Of a stretch of 63,146 nt of DNA, positions 21,037-34,542 are shown in pieces. The notes beneath the pieces are model-generated. The model was not told where the DNA came from. It ran no database searches and worked only from the letters and a program-made list of their open reading frames with translations. The position numbers and the translations under genes are program-made. Source of the DNA: Veleropilina oligotropha. Lineage: Eukaryota. Location of the stretch: contig JBEUKZ010000107.1 in the NCBI GenBank assembly GCA_048128005.1, positions 558,001 through 621,146 of the forward strand, given 5' to 3'. How positions within the stretch are numbered: the stretch's first letter is position 1; every line of letters begins with the position of its first letter.

Positions 21037-23845
21037 TTTTAGCTCGACTATTCTAAAATAGTATGAGCTATTGCAGTCACCCTGTCGTCGGCGTCGGCAT
21101 TGGCGTTGGCGTCAAACTTCAGGTTAACATTTTGCATGAAGGGTCTTTTCTCACAAATTTTTCACACTACACCTTTCAAACTTCATACACTTGTTCAACG
21201 TCATTATGCGACCTTACATTACAGGCGTAATAAATCTGGCTTCGTTATTTTACCAAATTATTCCCCTTTTTCGACTTAGACAAGTCAGGTTAATGTTTTG
21301 CATGAAGGGTCTTTTCTCACAATTTTTTCACACTACACCTTTCAAACTTCATACACTTGTCAACGTCATTATGCGACCTTACATTACAGGCGTAATAAAT
21401 CTGGCTTCGTTATTTTACCAAATTATTCCCCTTTTTCGACTTAGACAATTCAGGTTAATGTTTTGCATGAAGGGTCTTTTCTCACAAATTTTTCACACTA
21501 CACCTTTCAAACTTCATACACTTGTTCAACGTCATTATGCGACCTTACATTACAGGCGTAATAAATCTGGCTTCCTTATTTTACCAAATTATTCCCCTTT
21601 TTAGCTCGACTATTTTAAAATAGTACGAGCTATTGCAGTCACCCTGTCGTCGGCGTCGGCGTCGGCGTTGGCGTCGGCGTTGGCGTTGGCGTCAAACTTC
21701 AGGTTAACATTTTGCATGAAGGGTCTTTTCTCACAATTTTTTCACACTACACCTTTCAAACTTCATACACTTGTTCAACGTCATTATGCGACCTTACATT
21801 ACAGGAGTAATAACTCTGGCTTCGTTATTTTACCAAATTATTCCCCTTTTTCGACTTAGACAAGTCAGGTTAATGTTTTGCATGAAGGGTCTTTTCTCAC
21901 AATTTTTTCACACTACACCTTTCAAACTTCATACACTTGTTCAACGTCATTATGCGACCTTACATTACAGGCGTAATAAATCTGGCTTCGTTATTTTACC
22001 AAATTATTCCCCTTTTTCGACTTAGACAAGTCAGGTTAATGTTTTGCATGAAGGGTCTTTTCTCACAATTTTTTCACACTACACCTTTCAAACTTCATAC
22101 ACTTGTTCAACGTCATTATGCGACCTTACATTACAGGCGTAATAAATCTGGCTTCGTTATTTTACCAAATTATTCCCCTTTTTCGACTTAGACAAGTCAG
22201 GTTAATGTTTTGCATGAAGGGTCTTTTCTCACAATTTTTTCACACTACACCTTTCAAACTTCATACACTTGTTCAACGTCATTATGCGACCTTACATTAC
22301 AGGCGTAATAAATCTGGCTTCCTTATTTTACCAAATTATTCCCCTTTTTAGCTCGACTATTTTAAAATAGTACGAGCTATTGCAGTCACCCTGTCGTCGG
22401 CGTCGGCGTCGGCGTTGGCGTCGGCGTTGGCGTCGGCGTTGGCGTTGGCGTCAAACTTCAGGTTAACATTTTGCATGAAGGGTCTTTTCTCACAATTTTT
22501 TCACACTACACCTTTCAAACTTCATACACTTGTTCAACGTCATTATGCGACCTTACATTACAGGAGTAATAACTCTGGCTTCGTTATTTTACCAAATTAT
22601 TCCCCTTTTTCGACTTAGACAAGTCAGGTTAATGTTTTGCATGAAGGGTCTTTTCTCACAATTTTTTCACACTACACCTTTCAAACTTCATACACTTGTT
22701 CAACGTCATTATGCGACCTTACATTACAGGCGTAATAAATCTGGCTTCGTTATTTTACCAAATTATTCCCCTTTTTCGACTTAGACAAGTCAGGTTAATG
22801 TTTTGCATGAAGGGTCTTTTCTCACAATTTTTTCACACTACACCTTTCAAACTTCATACACTTGTTCAACGTCATTATGCGACCTTACATTACAGGCGTA
22901 ATAAATCTGGCTTCGTTATTTTACCAAATTATTCCCCTTTTTCGACTTAGACAAGTCAGGTTAATGTTTTGCATGAAGGGTCTTTTCTCACAATTTTTTC
23001 ACACTACACCTTTCAAACTTCATACACTTGTTCAACGTCATTATGCGACCTTACATTACAGGCGTAATAAATCTGGCTTTGTTATTTTACCAAATTATTC
23101 CCCTTTTTCGACTTAGACAATTCAGGTTAATGTTTTGCATGAAGGGTCTTTTCTCACAAATTTTTCACACTACACCTTTCAAACTTCATACACTTGTTCA
23201 ACGTCATTATGCGACCTTACATTACAGGCGTAATAAATCTGGCTTCGTTATTTTACCAAATTATTCCCCTTTTTCGACTTAGACAATTCAGGTTAATGTT
23301 TTGCATGAAGGGCCTTTTCTCACAAAGTCAACTTCAGGTTAACATTTTGCATGAAGGGCCTTTTCTCACAAAGTGTTCACACTACAGCCTTGAAACTTCA
23401 TACGCTTGTCACATCATTATGCGAACTTGCAATACAAGGGCCATAACTCTAGCTTCATTTTTACCAAATTATTTCCATTCATCGATCCAGCTTTTGATAG
23501 TCGAGCATGCTATCCTCTGACAGCTCTTGTTCGACTTAGACAATTCAGGTTAGTGTTTTGCATGAAGGGCCTTTTCTCACAAAGTCAACTTCAGGTTAAC
23601 ATTTTGCATGAAGGGCCTTTTCTCACAAAGTGTTCACACTACAGCCTTGAAACTTCATACGCTTGTCACATCATTATGCGAACTTGCAATACAAGGGCCA
23701 TAACTCTAGCTTCATTTTTACCAAATTATTTCCATTTTTCGACTTAGATAATTCAGGTTAATGTTTTACAGTTGTTTTCATTATGGCATTTTCATCGATC
23801 CAGCTTTTGATAGTCGAGCATGCTGTCCTTCTGACAGCTCTTGTT
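21037..23845 (+). repeat. HINE-framed satellite array of 166-bp monomers
   Basis: Heads AGCTCGACTATT plus (GGCGTY)n at about 21037, 21599 and 22347; near-identical monomers at 166-bp spacing; tails ATAGTCGAGC plus hairpin at about 23500 and 23815. Confidence 0.92.
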
Positions 23846-24031
23846 ATATTTATTGTTTCCTTAATTTATTTCACCAAATTTGTTCCTCAGGGTGAGTACA
23901 TTATATAACAATGTTCAATTTTGTTGTTTGGTCAAAGGTCAACGTCACAGAGGTCAAAATGTACTTTCCTGACACACCTTTCCGAGCTAGATCTCAGGTC
24001 CTATACATACATGCCAGCATGATTTCCTTTG

Positions 24032-24295
24032 GGAGGCCGCTTTGGTAGCGCAGTGGGTAAGAGTGTCCACTCTAATTTCACTGGCTTGATTCCACTAATG
24101 CGAACAGTAGTGGGTTCAATACCTGGCTGAGGCATTGACATTTGTTCAAGTTATGAATCACAGTTGTCCGCGACTGGCCGAAGAGAGCGGGTTTACCCGG
24201 GCGACCGGGGTTTCCTCCTGTGATAACACGGACATGTCCTGCCTTGAACCTCGATGTTGTAAATATACAGGACATTAAGCATCATTCCTCCTTCC
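24032..24295 (+). mobile_element. tRNA-derived SINE with a V-domain-like segment
   Basis: A-box TAGCGCAGTGG, B-box GGTTCAATACC, GGTTTACCCGGGCGACCGGGGTTTCCTCC; TSD TGATTTCCTTTG(G) on both sides. Confidence 0.8.
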
Positions 24296-25707
24296 TGATT
24301 TCCTTTGGTATGTTAAATCTCCCGTCATGCCATTGTGCTTTTCGGCAAAATATTGCAAAAATGACCTTCGACCTTGACCTAATGACCTTTGACCCCGAAA
24401 TCGTGTCCGGCTTGGTTCTCTGAGATTTCAAATCTTATCCTTCTAACTGCTTTTGCACTTTGACTTTGGCACTGTGTTTGGGCATTTTTAACCCCAGCCT
24501 AAAAAAGGTTGGGGTTATTGTCATCGCCCGAGGCGGGCGGGCGGTTCATGTTGTCCGGCCTATATCTCGGCTACCAAACATGTTACCTTGATTTCATATG
24601 GTATGCAAACTACCCTTATCATACGCTAGTGCATGGTGGCGAAATTTCATGTGAATGACCTTTGACTTTGCGGCAATGAGCTTTGACCCTTAAATTTTGT
24701 CCGGGCCGGTTCTCGGAGACTCAGCATGTTAGCCTTATAATTTTTTTAAGGTGTATTGTCTATAATACAAAGCTGTGCAGGGCAGTATTGAGTAAAATTT
24801 TGATCATTTGACCTCTGCGTACTGACCTTCACAAATTTTCTATATTTAGATTTTTTTAATTTTTCGTAATTTTTTTATTTTTTAGGGCCAAACTATTTCT
24901 TTAGGGTTAGTACATCATATGACAAATACGAAAAATGGCCTTTGGTCAAAGGTCAAGGTCACAGAGGTCAAAATATACTCGCAATTTGCATACTTTGTGA
25001 GACCTATAGCCTGGCTACTATGATAGCTATGGAGACATATTATGACATGGACTACCCTTATCATACCCTAGATCATGGTGGGTAAATTTCACTGGAATGA
25101 TTTTTGACCTTGCCACAATAACCTTTGACCCTGAAATTTTGTCCGGGCTGGTTCTCGGAGACTCAGCATGGTAGCCTTTTAATTTTTTTTATATGTTGCC
25201 TATAACCCAAAGCTGTGCGTGGCGCTAATATAAAATGTGTGTCATTTGTCTTTTGACCGTCACATGGCCTTTGACCCCCAAATCGTGTCCGGCCTGGTTC
25301 TCTGAGATTTCAAATCTTATCCTTCTAATTTCTTTGTAGATGCATGGCCCACACTTCAAGCATGTGCATGGCACAACAGTTTTGCACCTTTGACCTTGGC
25401 AATGTGACCTTTTATGAAATATTTCCATATTTGGGGATTTCTATATTTCATTGTTTTCTTAATTTTTTTCCACCAAATTTTTACCTAAGGGTGATTGCAT
25501 TGTATAATAATGTTCAGTTTTGTTGTTCGGTCAAATGTCAAGGTCACAGAGGTAAGAATGTACTTTAAAAAACACAGACTTTTTCCGGCCTATATCTCAG
25601 ATCTTATACATGCCAGCATGATTTCCGTTCATATATTATTCACCCCTTACATGACATTGTGCAAGGCGGGGAAATTTTCCCAAAATGATCTTTCACCTTG
25701 CCATAAT

Positions 25708-26147
25708 ATAAGTTGTCGAGCGACGTCGCGGTTGTATTCGGTACGTTGTACACCGTTTGATGTTAAACCCCGAGGCGATAGCCGAGGGGTTCAACGTCAA
25801 TAGGTGTACAACGTACCGTATACTACCAAGACGAAGATTCGACAACGAATTTATCTTGCTTTTAATTTGAATTATATTTTCCCTATCTATTAATTAGCCT
25901 AACACTTGTTTGTCACATTTTACGAGCGCAACCATTAATTTTACCTATATGTTTGCATCTAACGAAGCTGACAACATTATTCGAGTTTACGGAATGAGCC
26001 GAGCCTCCTCGATCTCCATGGAGACGGGTAATAAGTTATTTGTACTACTCCTGTTTGAAAATGACATCAAACTGGAGGGGTATACGGGTATTTACGTAAC
26101 TAACGTCATCCAATCAGAACGGTGGATTAACATCACTAGCAAGATAA
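25708..26147 (+). mobile_element. Hairpin-ended non-coding element (apex CGAG-GC-GATA-GC-CGAG)
   Basis: About 60-bp imperfect arms 25708-25854; TTATCTTGCT after the hairpin is inverted as AGCAAGATAA at the far end; interrupts a host repeat unit. Confidence 0.75.
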
Positions 26148-26585
26148 TGATCTTTATTTTGATCCCCACATCGTGTCCGGGCTTGGTCTTCGAGATTTCA
26201 AATCTTATCCATTCTTCAGATTTATTTATAGATGCATGGCTTACACTTCAAGCATGTGCAGGACGGTAAAATTTTGTGTTCCCTTATTGATTTTCAATAG
26301 ATTGTGACTTTCGGAACTTCATGAGGGTCTGAGTGGGGAATGATTTCTCTCAAATTGTGAGACATATGTTTTTGTTCACACAAAAACAACTCCTCTAGTT
26401 TTTGTTTGGACTTTAAGTATTTTAAATTCTTTAATGTTAAAATATAAAGGACATCATAATTATACACAATTTAAGTTCAGTGCATTCTACATCGCTTGTA
26501 ATGCCACCGAAAGCTGAAAATATAAGTGTTTGAAGCGTGGGTTCGCACAATCAAGCGATTGCGAGCATTTGCTCATCTTTCAACC

Positions 26586-26655
26586 GTCCTCGGTAGCTCA
26601 ACTGGTAGAGTGTCGAAGAAACGTAAGGATGCATGTTCGATTTCCACTCCAGAGT
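26586..26655 (+). other. Degenerate tRNA-like sequence (SINE head or pseudo-tRNA)
   Basis: GGTAGCTCAACTGGTAGAG (A-box/D-arm) and GTTCGATTTC (B-box-like); cloverleaf incomplete. Confidence 0.45.
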
Positions 26656-26796
26656 GGCTTATCATAATGCTTTAAGCTAATAGAGGGGAAAACACGCTTG
26701 TAATGCCACCAAATGGAGGTGAAAACACGTTACTCAACGAAGGGAGACATGAACAATGATTACGCCCGTATCACATTACATTCTTTACTATTATAG

Positions 26797-26842
26797 TCCT
26801 GTTGGAAAGCACTTGGAGATCAAGAAGTCTACTTATAAAAAG
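26797..26842 (+). CDS. EIF2D: eIF2D small exon (PVGKHLEIKKSTYKK)
   Basis: Matches the L.IKKS.YKK motif; ttatag| acceptor and |gtaagt donor; phase 2-0. Confidence 0.92.
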
Positions 26843-27906
26843 GTAAGTGCATGTGGACCGTGAGGTATACTTATAGACAAGTCTTGGTTCATAATTAACT
26901 TGGCACTCCATGCAGTTGGTTATTTGAACAGTTGGCCTTCTAATGTTAATTTCTCCTTTGCTCCAGTTAACACGATAACTATATGGGTTAACTAGAGGCA
27001 CTTCACAGCAGCTGGGCAGTGACAAAGGATTTGGACAGCAGCCAATGGAAGAGTACTCTTATATCGGGCCGCAGCGGGTGATATGGTGGACAATTTTGTG
27101 TTTAAGGGGTGACAGCTTGCAATTTACAATAGATTTTCACCGTGTGTAAGAGATAGTACAGCTGCCACTCCTCGGCGATATCTAACACGAAGCCCCTCTC
27201 TGACGCTCAATGCTTTATGTTGGATAATCCTCTTATTATCTATTACATAACTCATTGTTTAAGTAAAAGTAAGGTGTGGTATTAGTTTAGATGCAAGACA
27301 ACAGGTACTCACGATCAACTTCACAACTACCTCTCTGGCTAGGGACCTATATCCATCTCAGCTCCCTCTGAAAGACGTACAAGCAATACATGCAAAAAGC
27401 ACTAGGATTATCATTCTGACACACTCACTGACATCCATTGCAAATCCATTCACCTGTGTAAATTTGAGCTTTGATCACATAATGCCTTTCAATTACCCAG
27501 GGTAAATCTCATCGTCCCCTATATGGAACCACTCTAGCACTATTACCTCAAATCTTGATTTATGAGTCATTGTTCTCTCGGGTGTATGTATTCATTTCCA
27601 GTAATGTGGATATGGTTTTGCTGCTGGAAAACAGAACCAGAGAACTGAGTTCGATCATCGGCTGTGCTTGAATTTCCTCCCTGTGTATGACGTCTTCATT
27701 GTGCACAGTATCGAATGATTTCATCATTCAATGTTGATTAACCTGACTAAGACTGAAAATATATATTTGCCATATATTGTCGTTAAATTTATTTTACATT
27801 TTGTCGTCTATATTCACAATTTGGTCAGTAATATGATTCAAATTATTGAATAATACGTTCTTGGTAAATGTGTGATATGTAATACCAACTCTTTTATGAT
27901 TTTCAG

Positions 27907-28016
27907 TTATCTAATTTTCTTCAAGCAATGGCGGCTAATGGATTGATCACAGTCAAGAGGAATGCAGGCACCTCTGTCACACAGGAAATCACAGCAATAG
28001 ACAAAACACACCCTGA
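27907..28016 (+). CDS. EIF2D: eIF2D exon (LSNFLQAMAANGLITVK...IDKTHPE)
   Basis: LS.FLQ.M motif; tttcag| acceptor and |gtacga donor; phase 0-2. Confidence 0.9.
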
Positions 28017-28183
28017 GTACGATATCATATTGCGCAGGCTTTTATTTCATGGGGAGTTTCATTCCTTTATTAGTTGTCAATAATATCTACATATACAGCC
28101 AGTCAAAATTGGTTCATTTGGAAATATATTTTACTCTTGCAAAACAAACCAGGATATCTTTATTTGGCAAAAATATTATTGGG

Positions 28184-31100
28184 TGTTGCAGCGGAAATAG
28201 CAAATAAATGTGCATGTTATGATAAAAGTATGAAACTTTCCAATTTGTTAGTATATCATGTACTTATCAAATTCTGATATAGTGCCAAGTGCAAAATGAC
28301 CCGTGTCCGGAATTATGACGTCATCAATATGGCGGCCATTTTGAATTTTCTTAAATTTTAAAAACAGTTGTAACTTATTTCATAATCGTTTTTCTTAAAA
28401 TTGGTATGTAAACACCATTGTTCCATTTAACAAGAGTAGACTCTCATACCGCGTTCAAGGGCATGCATTGTTGAGCAATTTCGCGTTTGAAGAAGTGACA
28501 TATTGCAATTGACAATAAATTTTCACAGTGTATAACATATTTAACAGCTGCAACCCCTCGACGATATACACATAACAAGGCTCTCCTTCGGCCTGTTATG
28601 TGCGTATATCGCTCTGGCTAACAGGATATTATCTATTACATAATAATCCCATCCATAATATTACTTTTAAATCATTAGTGGTCAATATTTACTGTTCTCT
28701 GATATCAAACTCAGCATTATTTGCTGTTTTTATTCCATTTAGAACCCCACAAGTAGTAAATATCCCCGCAACTAATATTGCTTTATGTCTAAGTAAATGA
28801 AGGAATGACAATTGGTAAGGTTGTTTTGCGTTTCTTTGTGATATTCTTGGGGCGACCAACCTGTAATAATAACATTGGCCATGGGATACATATTGTACTC
28901 GATACTAGTATGATCAATAAATCCATTGGATTGTGTCAATGGGGAAGCTATAAGGAAAAGCATATAGCCTCACAAACTGTCACCCCAAGTCTCACCGCTT
29001 GTTATACTTGTATTCAAGACTACAAGTCCAGGTAAGGCTGACAGAGGCAAGTGGCCGATATGCAGAACAAGGATACATAAGTTATGGATAAATGCAAAAA
29101 TCCTTACCTTTGTAAGAAATAGGTTGCTTTTCGAACTATATGACTTCAGTGATAGACATGATATTGAAAGAGCGTTGATCCGTTAAGTATAAAAAGTTTA
29201 GCAAAAAGATATTAAACAGCTTGTCAGATCTGCTTCGAAGGTTCTACAAATAGTTATCAAAGTGTTTTATGGCATCATGTGTCTGTAATGTACGAAGAGA
29301 GCGCTGATGAGTAATGTGTGGTTTCATGTTTATTTTTTGCTTTGATATGAAAAAGTGGACACCGTGTTGCATCTGGTGAAAGCGTGACATATTGATTAGG
29401 CGTTCGATTTGTAATACCCAAGAATCTTCGCATACTCAACAGCAGTACGATGAAGAAAGTGTTCGCCAATAACAAAACCTATCCATATCTGTTATACTGC
29501 CAGATAGCTCCTTTTTCTTTTGTTCGTCGTCTTTCGTGGGGTCTTTGAGGCTATTCATGCCCTCGTGTGCCATCATCCATGTGGACCAGTTCGGTCTCTG
29601 ATGCGGGTTGGAGGGCGAAGTGGACAGTCTTCAATGACGTGATGGACTGCTTTCCCGGAGGCGACACATTCACATGGGGCCATGGCCTTTATTGCTGTGA
29701 CAAAGCGTCCCACCCCATTTCTCAGGGGTGGGAGGGTCTTCCACTATATTCCTAGCTTCTCCGAATGAAGCTCCAGACAGCTACTCTTCTTTACAATGTA
29801 TCCTGAGCTTTCTTCGAAACATCGGTTGGTATTGAGCATGAGATGGTGGGCTTATTTGGCATAGGGGGTTGTGACTTGAGGCGAGCACGTGGTAGGTTCT
29901 GTGTGACGGACTGGCGGAGGAGGAGGTCTTCATTTGCCTGAGCTTTGCTTGAGAGCATCTCTTCTTACTCCTGGTGGGACCATGATTGAAAGAACGGAGA
30001 GTATATTGACAGAAGGTGGGTTGCAGGCAGCCAGACACCATACGCATGGCGCTGTGTCTAGCTTCTTGACATGGGTACATCTTCACCATACCAGTGCGCA
30101 GTATTCCACAGAAATGTAGACGAGTGCCTGGTCAGAGATCGCAGCGACTAGATAGTAGCTTCCCATGCATTGTCCCCGAAGCAGTTGATCGATGCGATGG
30201 TATACGTGACATGATCTTTCCTATTAGGTTGTATTGTGTGTTAGGGTGCAATCTAATTTCAATCCTAGGGTAGGTAGGTGATGCCTAGAACTGTAACTTG
30301 ATTTTGTTCACCATGACGTTCAGATTGCGGCGTCGTCTTGGCAATACTGTGTGTGAAGCGCCAGTTGTTGCTGTTCCCCAGACTTCAATCTCCACCCGGC
30401 GTTTCTTCTGGAGCGGGACAGGTATTTCATCAGCTTGGCTTGTCTTGTGACGAGGGAGGTCGTGGGCGTATATGTTAAACAGGATCTGACCCAGATTTGA
30501 TTCTCAAGTTCTTGAGCCTTCTCAGTTTGCTGCATTGGTCATCACTAAGGTTGATTATCCGATTGAGGAGCATTCCCATGATGAGCCTGCTCATGTGATG
30601 GTCGAATGTCGTCTGTTTGAGCTTGAGGTTGAGACTGTGCAGCCAGACCGGCTGAGGGATCGATGAAGGCTGCGTCATCCGTCTCATAAGCGTGGAAGAT
30701 GTCTGCTATGTCCTGCTTGAAGAAGAGTTACCTAATCTACTGTTGATCTTCCATGACAGAAGCGCGGTCTTGTATATGTGAAGTTTTTGGTCAATGACTC
30801 TGTCCTTCACGATTCTGTTTGTATGGCACGCAGAGAAGACCAATGCGGCAGTAGCCCTTGGGGTCATCCAGTGGATTATTTGGGTTTGGGAAAGCGAGGA
30901 TTTTGGTTCGTCATCAGATTTTGCGCAACTTGGAGCAGGGAAGACACAATGAGCAGTAGATATGGAGTCGTTCAGTTGCTTTCGAGCTTGATGCAAGATG
31001 AACTATGGGTATTTTTGGTTTTCACATCTTAACATACAGCAGGCTATTATTATTAATACATCGATTCAAATCAAAAGTTTCTGACAATGTATCAGTGGTT

Positions 31101-31864
31101 CTTGTATATTAACAAACCTACAATCCAATTCCATAATATGTGTCTGAAGTAAATACAATAAAATATTTTAGTATACATAAGTAATTTACCAATTATTTTA
31201 TTATATGCATGCAATGTACAATATAAAACAAAAGCATATTTTATGAAAATGTGAAGTATGATATAAATACATTACTTGTCAATATGCAGAATAAACGATA
31301 ATGAAAATTCGATTTTATTATTGTAATAAAATACAGTTTCATTTGGTTAATCTATTAACAGACAATCTCTTTATTGTCTAGATTCTACACTATTCTATAT
31401 TATTATGCATAGAAGTCACAATTTTGTTATGATTATAAAGCATATTTCCTATATTTTATTGTTATTTTAAAAAATATACGAAGACATTTGAAATATTTAA
31501 AAAGATTAAACGTTTTCAATTTTGTTAGATACGCTAATTAAGTAAAAAACGTCTCTATTACATCATTATATTCACTTTTAATATCATTATGCGTATTATG
31601 TGCATTTTCTGTGCAACTTCTTATGCAAATTTGTATTTATTTCCTGAAAATCAGTTGAATAATTGCATTGTTGCATCAGCTTTTAGTCATTTGGTCACAT
31701 TCAAAATGGCCGCCATTTTCATGACGACATAATATCGGACACGGGTCAATTTGGAATTGGCACTATATCTGAAATTGATCAGTATACTAACAAACTGCCA
31801 AGTTTCTTGCTTTTATCACAAAATGCACAATTTTTACACTAGGTTCACCATTGCCGCTGCACTA
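28184..31864. mobile_element. Non-autonomous DNA transposon with long (about 170 bp) imperfect TIRs
   Basis: 28184-28350 is the approximate reverse complement of 31700-31864 (TGCAGCGG, GATATAGTGCCAA, GACCCGTGTCCG, ATGGCGGCCATTTTGAA). Confidence 0.75.
29512..30990 (-). pseudogene. Decayed non-LTR retrotransposon ORF2 fragment (I-group, Ingi/Vingi-like)
   Basis: Minus-strand fragments ALVYISVEYCALVW, AMRMVSGCLQPT, KLRRLKN and a short A-rich tail; many frameshifts. Clade assigned from recalled motifs. Confidence 0.65.
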
Positions 31865-31969
31865 CGGTAGAATTTCATTGTTGTAAGAAATGTGGTTGGA
31901 TGAAACATCTGAAAAACAGTACTTTGTATCCTTGCTTATTTGCAAATATACATTCCATATCCATTTCAG

Positions 31970-32113
31970 AGTGAGAGAGTTTATCATGCCAGAGTTCCCT
32001 CCTCCTGGCGAGAGCTCTTCGACTCCAGTATCAGTGTACCAACCACCAGATATTAAGGAAATGCTTCTGGCATCAGGCCCAGTGTTAGCTTTCTTAAAAC
32101 CATTCGGATATCA
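31970..32113 (+). CDS. EIF2D: eIF2D exon (VREFIMPE...YQPPDIKEM...FGY)
   Basis: Y.PPDIK motif; atttcag| acceptor and |gtaaga donor; phase 2-2. Confidence 0.88.
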
Positions 32114-32954
32114 GTAAGAATTCTTTCTAACTTTTTGTTTTATCAAAAGATACCGAATATCAACCATGTTTTCAGTATGGTCAATATAGTGTTAAAGACA
32201 AGTACATTAACTGTATATCTCATCTGTTGATTTCAATGAAATTTATTTTATTGATTATTGATAAAATGCGATAAAACTCTTGTGGGTAACAGTCAATGAT
32301 CAAAGCCATTAATGTTCTCATAGAATTTGAACGAAAAACATTTTCAACAATATTCTTGGTGGTCATAGAATATTTGTATCTGGTAGTTAGGTGTATAAAG
32401 TGTGTTTATTTGGGTGTAGCATAGTATGATGCTATCTGAGAGACCTCCTTTTAGTTATTAATTAACATTTAGAAATGGTGCATCGTTAAAACACCAAATT
32501 GCAGAAGAATCTTTTCGAATTGTCGTTGGCTTTGATTTCATCAGTTATTTTAGACAACAATTTAATAATATTTCAAACATATTGTAGTCCAGACCTCTAG
32601 TTTAGCATCATTCTCTGATCTGCAGGTTTTGTGTACAACATGATCAGCTTCATGCATAGTCACTCATCAAACACTGATCCGTGTCAACATTGCTTAATGT
32701 CGATGTATTGGTGTATAAGACCAACGTGAATTGGTCTTGACATTTGACTTTCGAATTTTCCTGATTTCACTTGACCAGACCGGTAGCCTATTGGACAAGA
32801 CCACAGACAGTGAATTCACTTGATTGACTGCTCTGTGTAACAGAAGTGGTTTTGAATCCCCTACAGGACATTCATTGCTCAATTAACAGTCAGGGTTGTC
32901 CTCAACTGACCATTGATAACTTGTTTTCTCACCTCCGAAGATAATATATATGGA

Positions 32955-33362
32955 CATGACCGTGTGTGACCCCGCATGACTCTGTATGACCCCGCATGAC
33001 TCTGTATGACCCCGCATGACTCTGTATGACCCCGCATGACTCTGTATGACCCCGCATGACTCTGTATGACCCCGCATGACTCTGTATGACCCCGCATGAC
33101 TCTGTATGAACCCGCATGACCGTGTGTGACCCCAGATGACCCTGCATGACTCTGTATGACCCCGCATGACCGTGTGTGACCCCGGATGACCCTGCATGAC
33201 TCTGTATGAACCCGCATGACCGTGTGTGACCCCGCATGACTCTGTATGAACCCGCATGACCGTGTGTGACCCCGGATGACCCTGCATGACTCTGTATGAC
33301 CCCGCATGACCGTGTGTGACCCCGTATGACCATGTGTGACCCCGGATGACTCTGTATGACTC
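32955..33362. repeat. Minisatellite of 10-bp TGAC-ending modules (CCCGCATGAC / TCTGTATGAC / CGTGTGTGAC)
   Basis: Directly visible 10/20-bp periodicity, about 40 modules. Confidence 0.95.
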
Positions 33363-33459
33363 TTAAAGTTGTTAAAACAGGACAATCAGCATCAATCCAA
33401 ACAACCTGATTTCATTTAAAATTGCAATATAATCGTTTCCCGTATCATTTTTTTTACAG

Positions 33460-33549
33460 AAAAGGGTCCGCTTTGACATCTGTGGATCTTCGAAAATGCA
33501 TCAACGATTACGTTAAAAACAACAGTCTTCAGAATGAGACAGATAGTGG
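33460..33549 (+). CDS. EIF2D: eIF2D exon, SWIB/MDM2 region (KGSALTSVDLRKCINDYVKNNSL)
   Basis: tttacag| acceptor and |gtatgc donor; phase 2-2; SWIB-like sequence. Confidence 0.9.
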
Positions 33550-33874
33550 GTATGCACCATTATTGTGAACAATCGATCATTGCCAACACATTTGGATTCA
33601 GAAAACAAATCTTTGGCTGACATTATGCAAAGTTGTTATGTTCTCATCACCTCAATGATTTTCTTTTAAATTCATTAACCCTAATCTTATGCTTCTCATA
33701 ATTATACTTTTATTTGTCATTGATTGTTGAAACATTATATGCTATGTGTTATATTAAGGATTCCAACTATGTGTTATATTAAGGATTCCAACTACTATTG
33801 CAGATTTTGTTCAATGTTAATACTGTTCGTTGTTCTTCATTTATTTTTGATAATCTTAAGTTTCTTTTTTGCAG

Positions 33875-33967
33875 CAATGTCGCTCTTGATCCTAATCTGG
33901 CCGATTTAGTTCTGGGACGAGGAGAAAATAACATATTTAAATTGCCATGGCCGGATCTCATATCGAG
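33875..33967 (+). CDS. EIF2D: eIF2D exon (NVALDPNLADLVL...KLPWPDLISR)
   Basis: LDP.L.D and KLPW motifs; ttgcag| acceptor and |gttaga donor; phase 2-2. Confidence 0.92.
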
Positions 33968-34542
33968 GTTAGATACATATCATTATTGAATGCTTATATC
34001 TGTGTCTTATGCCAGTTGCAGTGACGTTTTCCATTTTCGCATATTATAGCAGCGTGTTGAGGAAAATATATATTAGGATGAAGTGGTTATAAAATATAGT
34101 AATAATGATATTGTTAATTTATAATGAAAGTTTGAGACCGCAAAATTACCTTGCAAGCTTAACTCAGGTTATATACATTCGATATACATTAATATGGGGC
34201 ACAGTATCAGCGCTTTATTGCAGTCAGCCCTGGTGTGCCTTACTGAACCCAGATAGTAATATCATCAGTATCTTCTCTTGAATATTATTCTTTTATGTAG
34301 TCATTTCAGGTCTTTGCAAGGCATTTCCCATTGTCTTTGGTATAAATCTTGCTTGATGCCCAGCATTTGCTATCAAAATAATCTTTACAAGATTTATCAT
34401 TTGTATGTTCTCTGTAATGCTATAGCATACCAGGGAATGTCAATACAATGATGTTCTCGTTCTCGCGATTAATCCGCCGCAAAAACTACGATGTCACTCG
34501 AGGTTTCAGATGTGCCAGAATCCACACAATAACTGATAACAT

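Larger units (their letters stand above)
20577..26400 (+). mobile_element. Large HINE-like element hosting several nested insertions
   Basis: 5' TATGTCTCCCC head with local inverted copy; 3' GAGACATA plus TGTTTTTGT..ACAAAAACA hairpin and CTAGTT; related internal units resume between the insertions. Confidence 0.65.

Noticed and set aside
21191..23747. Family of repeated 63-137-aa ORFs
   Set aside because: Translation artefacts of the 166-bp satellite.
26586..26655. Functional tRNA gene
   Set aside because: Acceptor and anticodon stems cannot be formed; only box-like remnants remain.
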